DNA from: Octopus bimaculoides
Lineage: Eukaryota
DNA length: 33,084 nt
Direction of reading: 5' to 3'
Assembly: GCF_001194135.2 (NCBI RefSeq)
Contig: NC_068986.1
Coordinates: 76,532,890-76,565,973 of the forward strand
The notes beneath the pieces are model-generated. The model did no database searches, was not told the origin of the DNA, and saw nothing but the letters and a program-made list of their open reading frames with translations. How positions within the stretch are numbered: the first letter of the stretch is position 1; each line of letters starts with the position of its first letter. Made by a program: the position numbers and the translations under genes. Shown here one piece after another: positions 12,635 to 23,265 of this stretch.

Positions 12635-12773
12635 GATGGGCTTCTTTCAGTTTCCATCTACCAAATCCACTCAGAAGGTTTTGGTCAGCCTGAAGCTATA
12701 GTAGGAGACACTTGCCCAAGGTGCCACATAGTAGTGGGACTAAACTTGGAACCATGTGATTGGGAAATAGCTG
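12381..12773 (-). mobile_element. SINE family B, near full length
   Basis: Reverse complement of family B including CACTTGCCCAAGGTGCCAC and GGAACCATGTG. Confidence 0.85.
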
Positions 12774-12899
12774 TTTAAAAATGATTTTATGTATACATTC
12801 AAAAGTTTCCTTAGCACTAAAATATGCTTGCTAAAACCAAGGTCAATTGAGCTTCTTAATGTATCTCCCATCTCAACTTCTGTTTATCCCTCCAATTCT

Positions 12900-13160
12900 C
12901 ACTTCTTCACTATATGGATAATTTCCCAAAATCTCTGGCCTGGCAGTGCTACTGGGGAGCTTTGCCTGTTCAAGATAAACTTTACAGGCATGGAAGAGCT
13001 ATCAGCCAAGCATGTCCAAGATGCATACAGGACAACAAGATGGTCCTGCATGCACTCGTCCAGTGCCTGAGCATTGCTGACATGTGAGTTTATGTCAAAC
13101 ACCTGCTGTTGAGTGTGGGGCGGATCTGGCTGTCAACTGAATTCATCGTGCATGTTTGTT
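12900..13160 (+). pseudogene. Tx1/L1-type LINE ORF2 fragment (C-terminal CCHC/zf-RVT region)
   Basis: Frame from 12920: NFPKSLAWQCYWGALPVQDKLYRHGRAISQACPRCIQDNKMVLHALVQCLSIADM*VYVKHLL, i.e. LP..DKL...G...CPRC...HAL..C. Confidence 0.8.
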
Positions 13161-13416
13161 GCAGTTACTTGCCGAGACACACTCAACATCCTGGGGCAAG
13201 TGAAGGATAAGCGATGTTACAGTATGACTGAAAGCTTGGGGAGGGGAAGTAGCGAAACATCTTTATGTAATGCAACACAGACATTTAAATGGGTAGGGTT
13301 TTTCTAAGGATGTGGGCAGTACTTGTCGGTACAATCTTTTGGATTTCTCTGAGACACGATTCTCCTGGGAGCTTATCTAAAGGTTTCTGACATCCCTTCT
13401 ATTATTATTATTAGAA

Positions 13417-13655
13417 GGTGACGAGCTGGCAGAATCATTAGCACACTGGACGAAATGCTTAGTGGTATTTCGCCTGTCGCTATGTTCTGGGTTCAAATTC
13501 TGCCGAGGTCAGCTTTGCCTTTCATCATTTTGGGGTTGATAAATTAAGTACCAGTTGAACACTGGAGTCAATGTAATCGACTCATCCCCTCCCCTGAAAT
13601 TGCTGCCCTTCTAGCCAAATTATTATTATTATCGTTATTATTATTACTATTATTA
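13417..13655 (+). mobile_element. tRNA-derived SINE family C with (ATT)n tail
   Basis: GGTGACGAGCTGGCAGAATC (A box), GGTTCAAATTC (B box), GATAAATTAAGTACCAG. Confidence 0.88.
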
Positions 13656-13656
13656 A

Positions 13657-13880
13657 GGCGGTGAGCTGGCAGAATCATTAGCATACTAGACGAAATGCTT
13701 AGCAGTATTTTGCCTCTCACTATGCTCTGGGTTCAAATTCTGCTGATGTCAACTTTACCTTTCAACCTTTTGGGGTTGATAAATTAAGTACCAGTGAAAC
13801 ACTGGGGCCAGTGTAATTGATTAGTCCCCTCCCCTGAAATTTCAGGCCTTGCACCTTTAGTAGAAAGGATTATTATTATT
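13657..13880 (+). mobile_element. SINE family C, tandem second copy
   Basis: Same head and body, starts within the ATT tail of the previous copy. Confidence 0.88.
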
Positions 13881-14075
13881 TAGAACAGTTTGATTCGGTT
13901 CCATGTGACTCAAAGTTTTGCAGGCCTCTAACAGAAACCCATGTCTTTCAGACTTAGATTACCAAATCAGTTCAGAAAGTTTTGTTAAATGAAAGTGTTT
14001 TAAATAATACATGTAACTCCAACTAAATGTGTCAAGTGCCTTTTTCTTTCATTTGTCCACCCACTTGTGTAGATT
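13881..14075 (+). mobile_element. Degenerate homolog of the 32052-32240 hairpin element (putative PLE terminal repeat)
   Basis: AACAGTTTGATTC and ATACATGTAACTCC...AGTGCC..TTCTTTCATTTGTCCAC shared with 32052-32240. Confidence 0.55.
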
Positions 14076-15389
14076 TTACTTGACGTTTAGTAAGCTCCTA
14101 GCCACTGGGTACATCTCCTTCATATTATATATATATAAGCATGCATGTGTATGTATACATGCATGCATTTGTGTGTGTATGTATGCATTGCTTATGGCTG
14201 CCTACAGAGATCAATGTTGACCATTTTCTTCAATTGTGGATCCTCTGATGACTAATTTTTAAAAAGCAGCAGCAAAGAGGATGTAGCACTATAGTCATCC
14301 AGAATCGTGATCGCTGCCTCCAATACTGGGGGCTTGTCTACCCCTCTCCCAGGCAGATGTTTGGACAAGAAATAGGATACCTTCAATCCCAAGGTAGTTT
14401 TAAAGTAGACTTATAGTACTTTGAAACTACTTTGGGAAACTCAAGCAGTTCTATCTCTTCCGCTTCACCTCCTTGTTCTATCTCTTTCCCTTTCACCTCC
14501 TTGTGCTATTGCTACACCGTCGTTGACTTGCCAAATGATTTTACATCTCCTTTGATAGGACTTGTTTTTGTCTTGCTGGGTTTCTAGCAACCCTCTTTAC
14601 AGTCTAGTTTGGTGGGGTACGGTTTTGTCATGGTCGACGTGATTATGTAATAGGTAGTACTGGTTTCCATGTTACCAGTTGCACTCAAAGCAATACACTC
14701 ACATACGTTTGTTTTGATACATCAGCACACAATTCAGAATTTTCTAGATTGCTTCTGTATAATATATTTATATAGAGGAGGAGTGGCTAGAGATAAAGAA
14801 ATAGTTGTTTGTGTCCTGTATTTGCAACGAAAGGAAGTGTGGTAACTGAACTGCTTTTCTTGTAAATTACGTATGATTTAGTGCGTGTGGTGTGATTAAG
14901 AAACGATCAGTCAGTTGCTTTCTATCTGTCTATCTCTTTCTTTAATGTTTACAATATAGATATTTAATATTTACAGTTATAGTATGAAGATGTATTTGAT
15001 CTTATTTTGTCAGTTCTCTCCTTCCTCTGTTTCAACTAAATTGTAGTGGAAGTGTGACTCAAGTGCCAACTTCATCGCTGACATATATAAGGCTAGACAC
15101 TAGAACTTAATTGATGGGATGGTAAATCTAACCAAAGAGGAGTGAGATGTGATACGAGCGGAAGTAGTGACTACAGTTTCAGACGGGATCCTCTGTTAAA
15201 TAACAAGCCTCTCTTAAATTTTAATGTTTGGGTCAAGTGCTAAACAACACCTGTATGTGGCCTCAGAAAGGCACCGTGAGGGAATTCGCTATGTGGTCGA
15301 TAGATCTGTTAGAAATAGCAGCCAAATCTCCATTAAAATTACACCATACTTAATTGTAAAAAAAAAAGAAAAGAAAAGAAAAAAGACAC

Positions 15390-15962
15390 ATTGCATGACT
15401 TATTCAGATAAACTTATAGAAATATTTATTTACCGTTATTTGCATAGTTGCCATACCACGATGGGTAGGTTAGTGTAATCGTATAATGCAGTTCTTAAAA
15501 CATGTAAGGTAAAGAAAGTTAATTTTTTTGGCCTGTATAGGTATGTACACTTTCTCATAGTAGTATTTATATATAGAGAGAGATTGTAGTGTTAAAGAGA
15601 AAAGGATGCGATCTCGTAATAGTTATAAGGTGTGCGACGTTGTCTCACAGTGGCTGACAGTAAACTTCTTTCTCCCTCTAGTCGTTTGTCTTTTAGGGGC
15701 TGCCTGCTTGTGACTATATCTGTAGATGTCCATTCCCTAACTGCCTGAGTTGTCACGAATTGCTTCGCTCCGTTGTCGCCAAGTGACCACTGAACTTTTG
15801 GCTTGGGGTCTCCTGTTTTTATAGCTATCTAGAAGGATAGTGAGTGCAACGCATTTAGCTGGCGGTCTTGTTATCTCTATTCTATATTTGATGGAGTAGA
15901 AGAGGTCAGAAGAGTCAAGTGGTGGAGACACCGCTTCGGCCTAGCTAAAGGCGTCTGGGACA
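15390..15962 (-). mobile_element. Possible solo LTR-like segment
   Basis: Minus strand begins TGTCCCAG, has TATAAAAA (~15816-15823) and a downstream AATAAA; CpG-rich and non-coding; far end and TSD unresolved. Confidence 0.25.
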
Positions 15963-15969
15963 TATCTAA

Positions 15970-16819
15970 CTGCTGTCAGATCAAAACCGTTGTTCCACTG
16001 TGGGAAAAGTTCTGACGCAGTGTTAATTCAAATTTGGGTATAGTGGATCGAATCAATTTCACGCCTGCAAGATTCCTATAGGTCTATCTGTACCAGAAAT
16101 GTTTTATTTTCTATTATACTGATTTAAATATCAAAATCCATTGCAATCTTTCTCTCTGTTAAATTTTAGACTTATTTTAAAAATTTTATTCATGGTGTCT
16201 CTTAAGATAAGGTGCATCAGTTAACTGGTAGATGTACCGAATCAGTATGTGATTGGTTCAACATGTGTCGTGAAATTTGTTTACAAATTGTTTCTGTTAA
16301 CAATCGTGGGAAAATGACAGGAACTGAAGAAGAGCCCCTGCAAATCGATAGAGCTCGGTTTGTAGGACACCGAAATTACTATAGAGGCAGAATCCCTGAT
16401 TCAACTGATAGCGAAGCTGAATTAGAAAACAACAGAAACCATGGAAGACGCATTTTGGACCCCGGGTCTTTGGATTGAAGAAAAGTGCAGATTGCCGTTA
16501 TTTTTATGCACCAAAAAGAAATCGTGAAACACTTGAACCCATAATCCAAAGAGAAGTTACAGAAAATTCGGTTATTCATTCCGACGACTGGCCAGCATAC
16601 TCCAGCCTAAATCGTCTAAATTTTCGCCACTCTACTGTCAACAACCTATGACATTATGTTGATCCAAACACTGGAACCAATATTCAAGCAAATGAAAGAA
16701 CCTGGTTGGATTTGAAATTTAATATTTTGGAAAAGATGAGAGAAGTGAACTAAAGAACTTTCCAATCTCACCATGATTATTTCTGTTGACTACAGATGAA
16801 GAAGAGTGGGTCAAACTAA
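15970..16819 (+). pseudogene. Merlin (IS1595/ISXO2-like) DDE transposase pseudogene
   Basis: VCDWFNMCRE, QIDRARF..RNYYRGR, (frameshift) GPRVFG, KRNRETLEPIIQREV, VIHSDDWPAYSSL, TVNNL*HYVDPNTG..QANERTW; 5' boundary uncertain. Confidence 0.88.
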
Positions 16820-16835
16820 AGCGTTTGACTGAAAA

Positions 16836-17021
16836 AATAATCCAGAACCCGTGTCCGGTACTGGATCGATCCCAAAATTTAATCAGTTCGTGCCAGTCAC
16901 GAGGTCAAACATTCCTGAAAGTTTCATCCGAATCCATCCTACGGTTCTTGAGATATCTTGTCTACGGACAAACAAACAAATACGTCCGAAAACAATGCCT
17001 TCGCTAAGGCGGAGGTAATAA
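16836..17021 (-). mobile_element. Helentron-associated/DINE-1/pearl-like non-autonomous element
   Basis: Minus strand starts TTATTACCTCCGCCTTAGCGAAGGC (subterminal hairpin), then a (GTTT)n microsatellite, GATGAAACTTTCAGG and a GGATCGATCC palindrome. Confidence 0.65.
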
Positions 17022-17096
17022 AACGATCTTTTATTTATGTCATAGTAAATAATAATAAGAAACCAAGAATAAATAATATAATAATTAAAATAAACA

Positions 17097-18070
17097 TGTA
17101 GTGAAACCTCTCTCTCGGGCATTCAATCACAAATGATAACGAAGCTGCTAACATCTAGCCTTCGGCTGCTTGGACCTTTCTGTCCACCATCCTGATTGGT
17201 TCTTATTTGCGCGGCAATTGTCCCCATGTTCTGCTTGCTAATTACGTCCAATCATGGCCTTCAGATAAGGTCACGTGAGAGAGAGTTTTTCTGGGTTTCC
17301 GGTGAGCTCTATTTCAGCTATAAATAAGCCCGATCGAACGACGGTAGTTTTCTTCGATTCCAGATCTCTCACAGGTCTGGTCACTGACCACACATACAGA
17401 ACACAGCTAGTTCCAGCGCCGACGTCTTCACCACCTATGTACTGTCTACCACAATGTCGTGCGCAACCCCACCACCAGGTACACACCAATATCAACACAC
17501 TCGGTTTTATATCGACACTGTTTGAGTGGATTGTTTCCACCACGAGCAACAGTCAGGACTAACCAGCGAGAATATTCCGTATCAGGTAAACAGCCACAGC
17601 ATTCGACGCTCAACACACATATTGTGATACCATAGCTCTGCTACTTGGCCACAACTTCTTGCGTATGAACATTCTATCTCCTTGTGTAACTCTAATACGA
17701 ACTGGTATTTCTCTATCTCAGTGTTTGAGACTTGTAGTCTATGTTACAGACACTCTTTCTATGTTCTGTGTTCCTCTCATTCACACGCACACTTGTACTC
17801 TCACATATTGTACACACACTATTGCTTATACGACTGTCCGTTACTTCACATTGTTGTATACATTCTCTTGTACACGAAGGCCTGACTTATCTACTGTGTT
17901 TATATATGTCGCATGCACGCACACAGACACAAACAATTTCACTATGTTAATAAACTTACTCTCATTATATATCTGACGGTTGTGTTTGTCCTAAGTTCTT
18001 TTACTGGAACTATGGCTCGTACCTCTCACGACGAGCCTTCTATCTTATATATCTTATTTTGTGTGCGACA
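17097..18070 (+). mobile_element. LTR-like segment followed by a TGG-initiated putative primer-binding site and leader
   Basis: TGTAGTG...GCGACA ends, TATAAATA at ~17319, AATAAA at ~17949, TGGTAAAAGCGAGCC directly after; no second LTR or gag/pol recognised. Confidence 0.4.
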
Positions 18071-18900
18071 TGGTAAAAGCGAGCCTTTTCCGTCTACGTC
18101 GCCATGTCCTTTGGTTCGCACGGTCGAATTATTACAAACACATAGATCACACACCAAAGCAAATTTGCTCACGTAGAACATGCACCAAATTAGCACTGCA
18201 CAAAGTAAAACTAAAAAGTAACCTAAAGTAATTGCCCTTTAAGTTGTAGATCACACACTAAAGTAGCATCGGAGGAAGTTAACCTCAGACAGGAGATTTG
18301 GTATGAATACCCGCAACAAAGTGTTCTCTGCTAAAAGCACCCAAGTGCTAGGTGCTTTAATCTGTTACCCAGTGTCAAACTGAGCAACAGATTAAGTCTA
18401 CTCACCCCATCGTAACTTTCATACAGTCTGTTAAATTTCTCTCACAAAGCTTTGATCGACTCGAGGCTTTGGTAACCAAATCTCCCTCAAATAATACCCT
18501 ACTGTCTGAATGACTGTCTCGCTAGTCTATCTTATTTATGAAATCCTTCTCCACACAGTCAAACAACGACGAAAGAAAGGGGGGAAAAACTTCAAGAATG
18601 TCTACCATTTTAGCATATCAACAATGCTAACTGTAAGGTTGTTGTTCAGCCCAAATAAGCAGACCTATGGTTAAAGACGTCCCAGGACCACATTCATTAT
18701 CTAATGTGTCGTTTTCTAAGCTGGTGTGTGTGTGAGATTTGAAGGAGATATGGCTTCTAAGACTACACCCCACTGACTCCTTTTCTATTTTATACCGTGG
18801 GCCTGAGTCAAGGAATATTTGGTTGCTATTTCAAACAGGTCAAGTTCCCTCGTCGATTTGAAAAGTGAGTGAAGTTAGTTGGGGTCGTGGGGGAGGGGGG

Positions 18901-19103
18901 NNNNNNNNNNNNNNNNNNNNNNNNNNNNNNNNNNNNNNNNNNNNNNNNNNNNNNNNNNNNNNNNNNNNNNNNNNNNNNNNNNNNNNNNNNNNNNNNNNNN
19001 NNNNNNNNNNNNNNNNNNNNNNNNNNNNNNNNNNNNNNNNNNNNNNNNNNNNNNNNNNNNNNNNNNNNNNNNNNNNNNNNNNNNNNNNNNNNNNNNNNNN
19101 NNN
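18901..19103. other. Assembly gap
   Basis: N run. Confidence 0.99.
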
Positions 19104-19761
19104 AAAAAAAAAAAAAAAAAAAATAATAAAAAAAAAGACAAAGTAGTCTTGGCTGGAACGTCTCTAATTACTTAGACAGGTCTGTTTGAGCAAGACTAAT
19201 TTCGAGTTAAAGTCTATTGAACCTTGTGGTGTGCGACCAATTGAGGCACTTGGTGTTGAATTGATGTGTTCTTTTCCTTTTTCTTTTCTCTTTCTTTCCT
19301 TGTTCCTCCTTTTCCATAAGAAGTGTGGAAAATTACTACAAGTAGTAGAGAAAGAAATATAGTAAAAGTACTTTCATTGTATTTAAGACTTGGCTGTGCT
19401 CCAGTTTAGCCATGATTGTGATAGCTTTAAACAATTAGAGGTAAAAGAAAATTAAAATAGTAGTTGCTGTTATAGTTCCAAATCAGGTCTGTTCAAGCAA
19501 GTCCTACGACCAAAGCCATCCCAGCTGTAACCATCTCATCGATTTCCTATGTTCATTGAACAGAGGACCACATAATCCGATGCTCCTATTAGGTAGAGGT
19601 GACAAGGGGAGATTTGGCTGCTACGTCTTGCGGATCAGGCGTTTCTCATTTATTATTTTTTAAATTTTTTTATTGGAGTCAAGGAAAAATGGATTGATTG
19701 ATGTTTAGTCCCAGGTCAGCTTTAATCGAGAAGACAGTCAGCATCCTGGTTTATCCTAGCT

Positions 19762-20028
19762 CAATCATTAGCACGCTGAGCAAAATGCTTAGCGGTATTT
19801 CGTCCGCATTTACATTCTGAGTTCAAATTCCGCCGGGGTCGACTTTACCTTTCAATCTTTCGGGGTCGATAAATTAAGTATCAGTGAAAAACTGGGTCCA
19901 TGTGATCGACTAGTCCCCTCCCAACAAATTTGAGGCTTTGTGCCTCCAATAGAAAGGATTATTATTATTATTAAGGTGGCGAAATGCTTAGCGATATTTC
20001 GTCTGTCGCTGCGTTCTGAGTTCAAATT
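19762..20028 (+). mobile_element. Two tandem SINE family C copies (second internally deleted, runs into gap)
   Basis: CTGAGTTCAAATTCCGCCGGGGTCGAC; ATT tail to 19972; second head GGTGGCGA joined directly to AATGCTTAGC. Confidence 0.85.
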
Positions 20029-20478
20029 NNNNNNNNNNNNNNNNNNNNNNNNNNNNNNNNNNNNNNNNNNNNNNNNNNNNNNNNNNNNNNNNNNNNNNNN
20101 NNNNNNNNNNNNNNNNNNNNNNNNNNNNNNNNNNNNNNNNNNNNNNNNNNNNNNNNNNNNNNNNNNNNNNNNNNNNNNNNNNNNNNNNNNNNNNNNNNNN
20201 NNNNNNNNNNNNNNNNNNNNNNNNNNNNNNNNNNNNNNNNNNNNNNNNNNNNNNNNNNNNNNNNNNNNNNNNNNNNNNNNNNNNNNNNNNNNNNNNNNNN
20301 NNNNNNNNNNNNNNNNNNNNNNNNNNNNNNNNNNNNNNNNNNNNNNNNNNNNNNNNNNNNNNNNNNNNNNNNNNNNNNNNNNNNNNNNNNNNNNNNNNNN
20401 NNNNNNNNNNNNNNNNNNNNNNNNNNNNNNNNNNNNNNNNNNNNNNNNNNNNNNNNNNNNNNNNNNNNNNNNNNNNNN
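20029..20478. other. Assembly gap
   Basis: N run. Confidence 0.99.
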
Positions 20479-21189
20479 TAGCAAAGTAAGTCAAACCTTC
20501 ACGCATAATTTTAGCAAACACAGTACAATATGTGACAGAATTCCTTTGGTGATTAACTGGCACCGAAATTTCGCTGGCATTTCAAAATTGTTGCATGAAA
20601 GTTACCAGCATGTTGCGGAAAATATCCTCGTTTCAAACAAATATTTCCTCAGCCACCTATTGTAGCTTTTAGACGGAATAGAAATATAAAAGAACTATTA
20701 ACCTTTACTTTTGATTCCAAGAAAACTAACATTGGAATATCTGCACGCTGTACCTTGAAAAACAGCCGCAAGAGAAGTAAGCCCTGTTCATTGTGCAACA
20801 ACATGAGTCAAGTGTATTCCATCAGGAATCGTAACAGAAATGTTAAGATTTATAAAGAAGGTGGGACATGTAGGTAGAGATTCCCCTTTCGTGTACGCGA
20901 CAGAATGCACGAAAGACAACTTGATTTATGTTGGTTGTATAACAGAACAAAAGATTCAATGGGCACAGATATGAATGACGTCAGGCACAATAACGGTAGT
21001 TCGGCAGAACTTGGCGAACATTTTACGTCAAACGGCTGCAATTTTGAAAAAGACTTGTAGGTGCATATTCTCAAAAAATATTCTGAATCTGCTACGCTTT
21101 CAGTACTTAAAATGCATGAGGAGAAATGTGTTTGCGGGTTATTACCATCACGCCCTGGAGGAATGAATAAAATGACAGAATTTTATTAA
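20479..21189 (+). pseudogene. Penelope-like element ORF 3' part: RT thumb, Cys linker, GIY-YIG endonuclease
   Basis: DRIPLVINWHRNF; FPQPPIVAFRRNRNIKELL; RC....R.R.KPCSLC; VYATECTKDNLIYVG (20891-20935); RFNGHRY; LGEHF; MHEEK...PGGMN; frameshifts and stops present. Confidence 0.9.
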
Positions 21190-21201
21190 ATTTACACAGA
21201 C

Positions 21202-21380
21202 TTATTTATTTCTTTACTGCCCACAAGGGGCTACACACAGAGGGGACAAACAAGGACAGGTAAACGGATTAAGGCGATTATATCGACCCAGTGGGTAACT
21301 GGTACTTATTTAATCGACCCCGAAAGGATGAAAGGCAAAGTAGACCTCGGCGGAATTTGAACTCAGAGCGTAGCGGCATG
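21202..21380 (-). mobile_element. SINE family C subfamily inserted just after the PLE stop codon
   Basis: Reverse complement: CTGAGTTCAAATTCCGCCGAGGTCTACTTTGCCTTTCATCCTTTCGGGGTCGATTAAATAAGTACCAG. Confidence 0.85.
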
Positions 21381-21551
21381 TTTATTAAATATTATTTTTC
21401 GTTTTCTTTTTTTCCTGTTTTTTTTTTCTTTCTTTTTGCCAGTTGTAAAACTAATGATGTCATTCCATCAACGCGTGGATGTTGATTGCTCTCGTTCATG
21501 TCTGGATTTGAGTTTCTATAATTTTGAATTTTTATAACTTTCCATTTTGAA

Positions 21552-21590
21552 CTCGACAAAGACAGGCTTGCTGCCGAAATATCCTTCAAC
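21552..21590 (+). ncRNA. Degenerate hammerhead-like motif in the presumed PLE terminal repeat
   Basis: cTCGACAA-a-GACAG-gcttg-CTGCC-GAAA-tatcc..aataaa; fits a U3/A8 core variant with U4>C and one stem II mismatch; stems I and III unresolved. Confidence 0.35.
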
Positions 21591-21731
21591 CAATAAAATA
21601 TCTATTGTAATCGCATGGCACTATTCGTATTGTTACTTTTGTGAAGTTACGTCAATCCTTTTAAAATATTATCATAATAATAATAATAATGATAATAATT
21701 ATTATCATTATTATTATTAGGGTTATTATTA

Positions 21732-21941
21732 GGACGGCGAGCTGGCAGAATCGTTAGCGCCAGACAGCTTGCTTAGTGGCATTTCGTCCGTCTTACGCCC
21801 TGAATTCATATTCCGCCGAGGTCGATTTTTACCTTTCATCCTTTCGAGATCGATAAAATAAATAGCAGTTGAGGTTGATGTAATTAACTTACCCCTCCCT
21901 CGAACTTGCTGGCTGCGTGCCAAATTATGAAACCATTATTA
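21732..21941 (+). mobile_element. SINE family C, CpG-retaining copy
   Basis: GGACGGCGAGCTGGCAGAATCGTTAGC...CCGCCGAGGTCGA; preceded by a long AAT/ATT tract. Confidence 0.88.
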
Positions 21942-22500
21942 TCGGCTGAATCCATCACGAGGATTGCTCTATGACCCTTTTTTTAACACGTCAGGGCAGG
22001 CGGTGCTCCTATGTCTAGTGCCTATGGCGAAAGAGATCGTGTGGTGGACAAGGCTGAAAAGATTGAGGAAAGACACCCTTCCTTCTTCGGTTAAGCTATC
22101 ATCATCTTTTTAAGGTTGTACTTGGAAAGTAAAAATGAGGACGGAGAGGAAAGTGTCACCTTCCTGTGAATTTGTGAAAAGACGGGTGACTGTAACAAAA
22201 ACGGTTCGAGTTAATGACCCTACGCTAAGTATGCGCCTGTAGATTGGAGAGTATGCAAGAAGGCTCGTGCCTTTGGTGGTCAGGGTAATCTTGGATTTGT
22301 AGAGTTCCTTGACTGGTCCTATCTGGAGTTTCTCTTGTATCAGGAGGACTGCACAATTCATGTTATCACATAAGTATGTGATACACTATGTAAACTTCTT
22401 TCGCATTTCACTGTCTTTTCCATTTCTTCCTTCTCATCTTTTATGGAAATCTCCTCACAAGTTATGTGATGTCCCCTTCTTCATGTCCCTCTGACTAATC
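21940..22500 (+). pseudogene. Tx1/L1-type LINE ORF2 extreme C-terminus (stop 22240-22242) plus probable 3' UTR
   Basis: SAESITRI...GQAVLLCLVPMAKEIVWWTRLK...KMRTERKV...FVKRRV...LSMRL*; continues the peptide of the 12900 fragment; family call by pattern recognition. Confidence 0.6.
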
Positions 22501-22552
22501 AAAGAACTTCTTCTTTTCCCAACTAGTTTTCCCACGGACCGCTTTTAATATG

Positions 22553-22598
<46 letters not shown>

Positions 22599-22620
22599 GT
22601 CTGTTAAAGTCTGTCATACC

Positions 22621-22660
22621 GGCCATGACGAAGGGAAATAGCCCTGAAACTCGAGTCGCC
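22621..22660 (+). ncRNA. Minimal type I hammerhead ribozyme-like motif (PLE style), one extra A in the core
   Basis: GGC-C(A)TGACGA-AGGG-aaatag-CCCT-GAAA-C-tcga-GT-C|-GCC: stems I, II, III and a GUC cleavage triplet all present. Confidence 0.7.
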
Positions 22661-22919
22661 TTTATATATATATATATTTATATTTATATATTTGATCCTT
22701 TATATTGAACACTCAATATTTCATCTACATTCAATACTTTCTTTCATGGTGCCATCCATTTTTATTTTATATTGTATATTATAATATATTGTATATTCCA
22801 TATTCTATACCCCACATTAGTTCTGCAGGAATATAAATAAAACATAAAAAACAGACAGTGTTGGAACTCTTTTAAGCAAAATAATATATATATATATATA
22901 TATATATGAAATTTTGAAT

Positions 22920-22973
22920 TTAGTTCACGGACCCCCAGTACTACCTTTGCGGACCACAGGTTGGGAACCACTG
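22920..22973. mobile_element. hAT-type MITE terminal fragment
   Basis: Ends GGACCACAGGTTGGGAACCACTG (reverse complement CAGTGGTTCCCAACC, a typical hAT TIR); partner end not found. Confidence 0.6.
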
Positions 22974-22989
22974 TTCTACAACAACAAAG

Positions 22990-23265
22990 CTGCGACGTAG
23001 TAGAATCGCTAGCATACCGGATAAAATGCTTTACATGCCCCACCCCATCCACACCTGTGTGTGTTTGTGTAACAGCCTACTAACAACTCTACGTGTGTAT
23101 ATATAAATGGTTTCTTTCTGGCTTTACGTTCTGTGTTAAAATTCTACCGAAGTTGACTTTGCCTTTCATTTTTCGGGGTCAATAAAATAAGTACTGGGGT
23201 CGATGTAATCGACTAACCCCATCCTCCAAATTCTAGGCCTTCAGTATAAAAGATTATTATTATTT
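22990..23265 (+). mobile_element. SINE family C interrupted by a ~74-bp insertion
   Basis: SINE head to ..AAATGCTTTA (23033), foreign 23034-23107, SINE resumes to ATT tail. Confidence 0.75.

Noticed and set aside
14448-14502. Two-copy ~27-bp tandem repeat
   Set aside because: Simple slippage duplication; not CRISPR-like (no spacers) and no functional cue.
18865-20665. Long ORFs of 85-241 aa
   Set aside because: They read through N gaps; only the 3' end of 19940-20665 is real and belongs to the PLE.
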